60,215 nt of DNA from a virus (Duplodnaviria > Caudoviricetes): positions 1-60,215 of the IMG/VR virus record IMGVR_UViG_3300013131_003128. One strand, written 5' to 3'. The notes beneath the pieces are model-generated. The model did not search any database and had not been told where the DNA came from. It worked only from the letters and a program-made list of their open reading frames with translations. Of this stretch, positions 57,385 to 60,215 are shown in pieces. The translations under genes and the position numbers were made by a program. The first letter of the stretch is position 1; the number at the start of each line of letters is the position of its first letter.

Positions 57385-57670
57385 CAACACTGCAGATCGT
57401 GAGATCCAGGAAATGCGTCTTGCAAAGATGGTGAATCCTGAGTTGCACCGTGAGGCAAAACGATGGTGCTCTGTGAAACAGACACAACACCCACACAGAT
57501 CAGTGGCTTGAACCGCTGATCCCGTGTTCCGTAGCAATGAAGTCAGCCATAGGGGGTATAGGGCTACCGCCCCTGAGTTGCGTGGCTGTTCAAGATGGCA
57601 GGCTCATCTCGTATGACGTGACCACTTCTCCCGATTCTGGGAGAAGTATGGATGCGCTATCTGTATGAGC
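57384..57670 (+). ncRNA. Putative highly structured non-coding RNA (unclassified)
   Basis: No credible ORF; about 8 nested stems, two GUGA (GNRA) loops and G-U wobble pairs favouring the plus strand (detail in findings). Confidence 0.6.
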
Positions 57671-57675
57671 GAGCA

Positions 57676-57745
57676 GTTGCTTCGCAACCGAATTTATTCC
57701 AACAGTGAGAGCGCAGCGATCACTTGGACGAACTTGGTTCGTCCA
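57676..57745. other. Cluster of three short-loop hairpins at the convergence of transcription units
   Basis: GTTGC-TTC-GCAAC (57676-57688); AGTGA-GA-GC-GCA-GC-GA-TCACT (57704-57724); TGGACGAAC-TTG-GTTCGTCCA (57725-57745). Confidence 0.75.
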
Positions 57746-57874
57746 CTACTTGTGTTTGGGATCACGTGAGCTGCGCTGTCTTTTGAGTTGATCTTGCTCG
57801 TCACTGTGCCAAATGTGCCAAGCCACCAAAATCACCACCAGCATTGTGGCAATGTTTAAAATAATGTTTATCAT
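57746..57874 (-). CDS. Small single-pass membrane protein (42 aa)
   Basis: MINIILNIATMLVVILVAWHIW plus charged tail; GGAGG SD; ATGA overlap with the upstream ORF. Confidence 0.55.
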   Translation of the reverse strand: MINIILNIATMLVVILVAWHIWHSDEQDQLKRQRSSRDPKHK

Positions 57875-58485
57875 GATATTGTGTCCTCCGTGGTTGGGTT
57901 GGTCAGCGATTTGAGTGCCTGTGCAGCGTCCTGCGGCAGGTTGGGATCGAATTCTGTGACTGACTGCCACAGATTTTCTTGCGCGGGTGCTGATCGCACC
58001 CTGTAGAGGTCAGTGTGAGGCCAAGATCTCACCTGCAGTGCCTGCAGCACAGCATGACTGTACACATGCACACTCTGAGGCTGCATGTGGATCAATCTGT
58101 CTATGTTGGCATGATTCAACACACTGTGATAGGTTTGAATTTCAGTCACTAGATTATCATCAGCAAAGTTTCTGGCAAATTGGTTGCCGCGCAGCCACGT
58201 GGTGGCTGAATCAATCACCACATCCTCTGCTCTCAGTCTGCAGCGTATGCGTGAGAAGCCCATGTGTCTCAATCGCTCTGCGGTGTGACGTCCCACACAC
58301 TGTATGGGTTGATTCAATAATTCTGTGATGGCATGTTGATAGTGTTGTATGGCCGCAATGTGTGTGATCAGCAAGGGTTGAGTCACAGCAGCCACATGCG
58401 CCACTGCCTCAGTGGTGACACAGGGCATCCACATGTCCCCGTCCGGTATGGTGTGATTCACGTTGCTCTGTGTGTACACTCTCAT
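57871..58485 (-). CDS. Uroporphyrinogen-III synthase (HemD)-like protein
   Basis: CVGRHTAERLRHMGF resembles the HemD AVGxxTAxxLxxxGF motif; WLRG and EIQTYHS also align; short and divergent. Confidence 0.5.
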   Translation of the reverse strand: MRVYTQSNVNHTIPDGDMWMPCVTTEAVAHVAAVTQPLLITHIAAIQHYQHAITELLNQPIQCVGRHTAERLRHMGFSRIRCRLRAEDVVIDSATTWLRGNQFARNFADDNLVTEIQTYHSVLNHANIDRLIHMQPQSVHVYSHAVLQALQVRSWPHTDLYRVRSAPAQENLWQSVTEFDPNLPQDAAQALKSLTNPTTEDTIS

Positions 58486-58556
58486 CGTAAGATTATTTAA
58501 CGGCAGCGTGGTTGTATTAAAATATATTATTTGGTTTCTGATGCCGTGCTGGGCTG

Positions 58557-58733
58557 TTAAAAGAATGGCATGCCGGTCTTTTTGGCAGTTTCTAGGTTTT
58601 CTTTGATGATACGGCCTATGATTTCACGATCTTCATAGCTGATCATGAACAGATCCTCCAAACTCATGCTGCCCCGCATGTACCAGGCCATTTTGAACAG
58701 ATCCATTTTGAAATTTTTGGTTTCGTTCTCCAT
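58557..58733 (-). CDS. gp51-like baseplate hub/tail assembly protein (probably the C-terminal part of a -1 frameshift fusion)
   Basis: Not in the ORF track. Manual translation: MENETKNFKMDLFKMAWYMRGSMSLEDLFMISYEDREIIGRIIKENLETAKKTGMPFF. Frame is open upstream to 58802. Confidence 0.7.
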   Translation of the reverse strand: MENETKNFKMDLFKMAWYMRGSMSLEDLFMISYEDREIIGRIIKENLETAKKTGMPFF

Positions 58734-58780
58734 GTCTCGGACTTCTTTTAAAATGTCCGGCAGAGAACTGGGCAGTATTT

Positions 58781-59647
58781 TTATGCGAAAAAATTTGACT
58801 GATCAAACGTCACAGGCACTTCAAAAGTGGCAGGTGCTCCAGCTTTGATGTCTTCAGGTGTGCTGGTGACCTTGATGGGTTTGATGCTGAAAGATTCTCC
58901 TTGCTTTTGCACATGCTTCATTATTTCAGAATAAAAATTTTTTTCTGACTTGGCAATGAATTCCGTGATGTGAGCAGGATCTGTGACCACCACTCCATCC
59001 ACTGAGATACTGACCACACTGTTGGCCACCATGGCTATGGTGATATCTGTGAGTTTGCGGAAACTCTGTTGAAACATGCCCATTTTGGTTTGTTCATCCA
59101 ATTTGTCATCGTTGACCACGTTGACTATTCTTTGTTCTTCAAAACTTTTGATTGCACCATCAGAGAATTCTTTGTAGTTGATGGGTCTCAAGGTCACAGT
59201 CATGGGACCTATTTGCACAGTGTCCACAAACTGACCCGACATGAGATCATCCAAGGCCAAACGCAAGTCCATGCTGAAATCTCGTTTGATGGTGGTGTTG
59301 GGCACAGTGATGTTGACATCCATGTTTTCACCGTAGGTGGCAATTCTGATGGCAATCAGCACAGCATCCAAGTCTATGCTGGGCATCAGCCAAGCATTTT
59401 TGATATTGGGCACACAGCTTTGTATCACATCCACAGTGGCCTGACCATTCATCAGAGCATCGGGAGTTTTGAACAGCAATTCGTCTTTGGCAGTCATGGC
59501 ATACACTGCCAGTTCACCTGTGACCGGCATGTCCAACACACCAGCTGGGTAGAATTTGCCTTTGCTGGGCAAGCGCATGTAGTTTTTGACCTGTCTAAAA
59601 TACTTCTGTAAGGGATTACTGCCCTGTTTGATTGGATTTTCTGCCAT
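58781..59647 (-). CDS. Baseplate hub assembly protein (T4 gp26-like)
   Basis: NPLQKYFRQ...LPSKGKFY...MTAKDELLFKTPDALMNG...IDLDAVLIAIRIATYGE, terminal NFF. Start ATG 59647 with GGAGG SD. Confidence 0.8.
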   Translation of the reverse strand: MAENPIKQGSNPLQKYFRQVKNYMRLPSKGKFYPAGVLDMPVTGELAVYAMTAKDELLFKTPDALMNGQATVDVIQSCVPNIKNAWLMPSIDLDAVLIAIRIATYGENMDVNITVPNTTIKRDFSMDLRLALDDLMSGQFVDTVQIGPMTVTLRPINYKEFSDGAIKSFEEQRIVNVVNDDKLDEQTKMGMFQQSFRKLTDITIAMVANSVVSISVDGVVVTDPAHITEFIAKSEKNFYSEIMKHVQKQGESFSIKPIKVTSTPEDIKAGAPATFEVPVTFDQSNFFA

Positions 59648-59658
59648 TATAACCTCCG

Positions 59659-59695
59659 TATAAATAAGTGTGCTAATATAGTGCGTATATTTATA
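59659..59695. promoter_or_regulatory. Two perfect TATAAATA late promoters facing each other
   Basis: TATAAATA on plus at 59659-59666 and on minus at 59688-59695. Confidence 0.75.
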
Positions 59696-59721
59696 ATCGC
59701 AATTAAGTGAGTATTTAATAA

Positions 59722-60215
59722 ATGGTTTCAGAAGTAAAAATAGAAGGCGGTCAATTTGATGGTGCCATACTGAAGGGAGCTGCCACAGATGCCACACTAC
59801 AACTAATTTTACAAAAAATTGGCGCAGATGGCAAAGGGGCCAAACAAGCCACTGCCATGGCCAAGAGCATGAATGAGGTCACCAAAAGTGCCAAAAATGC
59901 TTCCAATACATTTGATCAGCACGTAACCTATCACAAAAAATTTTCCAGTGTGATACAGGATTTTGGGCTCAACATAGTCAAGGGCACAGACAAATTTGGT
60001 GATTTTACCTCCAGTCTCACTGGCTACATGTCTCAGTTTGGTTTGGGCTTCACACTGTTGGCACAAGGCATTCAAAGATTGGTGGATGAACTGGATCAGC
60101 AGATTGGTAGATTTAGAGAGCTCAGCACAGTGGGTGCAGATTTTGGTGACAGCATTTTTGCTTCCAGAATGGCTGCCATTGACGCAGGCTTGAGTTTGGA
60201 CACTTTTCAAAAAGC
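59722..60215 (+). CDS. Probable tape measure/gp29-like protein (partial, runs off the window end)
   Basis: Not in the ORF track. Open from ATG 59722 to the end: MVSEVKIEGGQFDGAILKGAATDATLQLIL...FRELSTVGADFGDSIFASRMAAIDAGLSLDTFQK. Ala/Gly-rich helical sequence divergent from the gp26-like gene. Confidence 0.6.
   Translation, partial: MVSEVKIEGGQFDGAILKGAATDATLQLILQKIGADGKGAKQATAMAKSMNEVTKSAKNASNTFDQHVTYHKKFSSVIQDFGLNIVKGTDKFGDFTSSLTGYMSQFGLGFTLLAQGIQRLVDELDQQIGRFRELSTVGADFGDSIFASRMAAIDAGLSLDTFQK

Noticed and set aside
57384-57745. Group I/II intron, tRNA, tmRNA or RNase P identity for the structured region
   Set aside because: No interrupted host gene, no recognisable P7 or domain V, no cloverleaf with a T-loop, no tag ORF, no full RNase P signature. 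Left unclassified pending an Rfam search.
56781-57745. CRISPR array or retron
   Set aside because: No repeat-spacer periodicity, and no cas or reverse transcriptase gene in the window.
59647-59797. N-terminal extension of the gp26-like ORF given in the ORF track
   Set aside because: It overlaps the promoters and the divergent gene; ATG 59647 has a GGAGG SD and starts the conserved sequence.
59809-60210. 133-aa minus-strand ORF and 65-aa plus-strand ORF at the window end
   Set aside because: Shadows of the plus-strand tape-measure-like frame from 59722, which the ORF track missed because it has no stop in the window.
1-60215. Alternative genetic code (stop codon reassignment)
   Set aside because: Long ORFs tile the window in code 11 and TAA, TAG and TGA all end coherent proteins.

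Overview
60 kb segment of a large AT-rich T4-like (myovirus) phage genome in standard code 11. From left to right: (i) an accessory 'modification island' (1-20.8 kb) with 7 radical SAM enzymes, 4 Fe(II)/2OG-type oxygenases, 4 glycosyltransferase-like proteins, a nucleotide-sugar dehydrogenase, a QueC-like PP-loop enzyme, a PLP enzyme, a methyltransferase, a kinase-like protein and an SDR; (ii) a minus-strand tail/baseplate module (20.8-52.8 kb) with paralogous fibre proteins, a 4910-aa structural giant, and gp6-, gp25-, PAAR-, gp5-, gp53- and gp54-like genes, interrupted by a sugar epimerase; (iii) a plus-strand gp55 late sigma - gp47 - gp46 - small basic protein - GIY-YIG block, followed by about 290 nt of densely base-paired non-coding sequence and flanked by GNA-triloop hairpins; (iv) a HemD-like gene, gp26/gp51-like hub genes apparently joined by a -1 slippery site, and the start of a probable tape-measure gene. 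The best candidates for undescribed biology are the minimal GIY-YIG nuclease plus structured RNA locus, the G/GT-style frameshift in the gp26/gp51-like genes, and the radical SAM/oxygenase/glycosyltransferase island. All product calls come from motif reading by eye; no database search was run.
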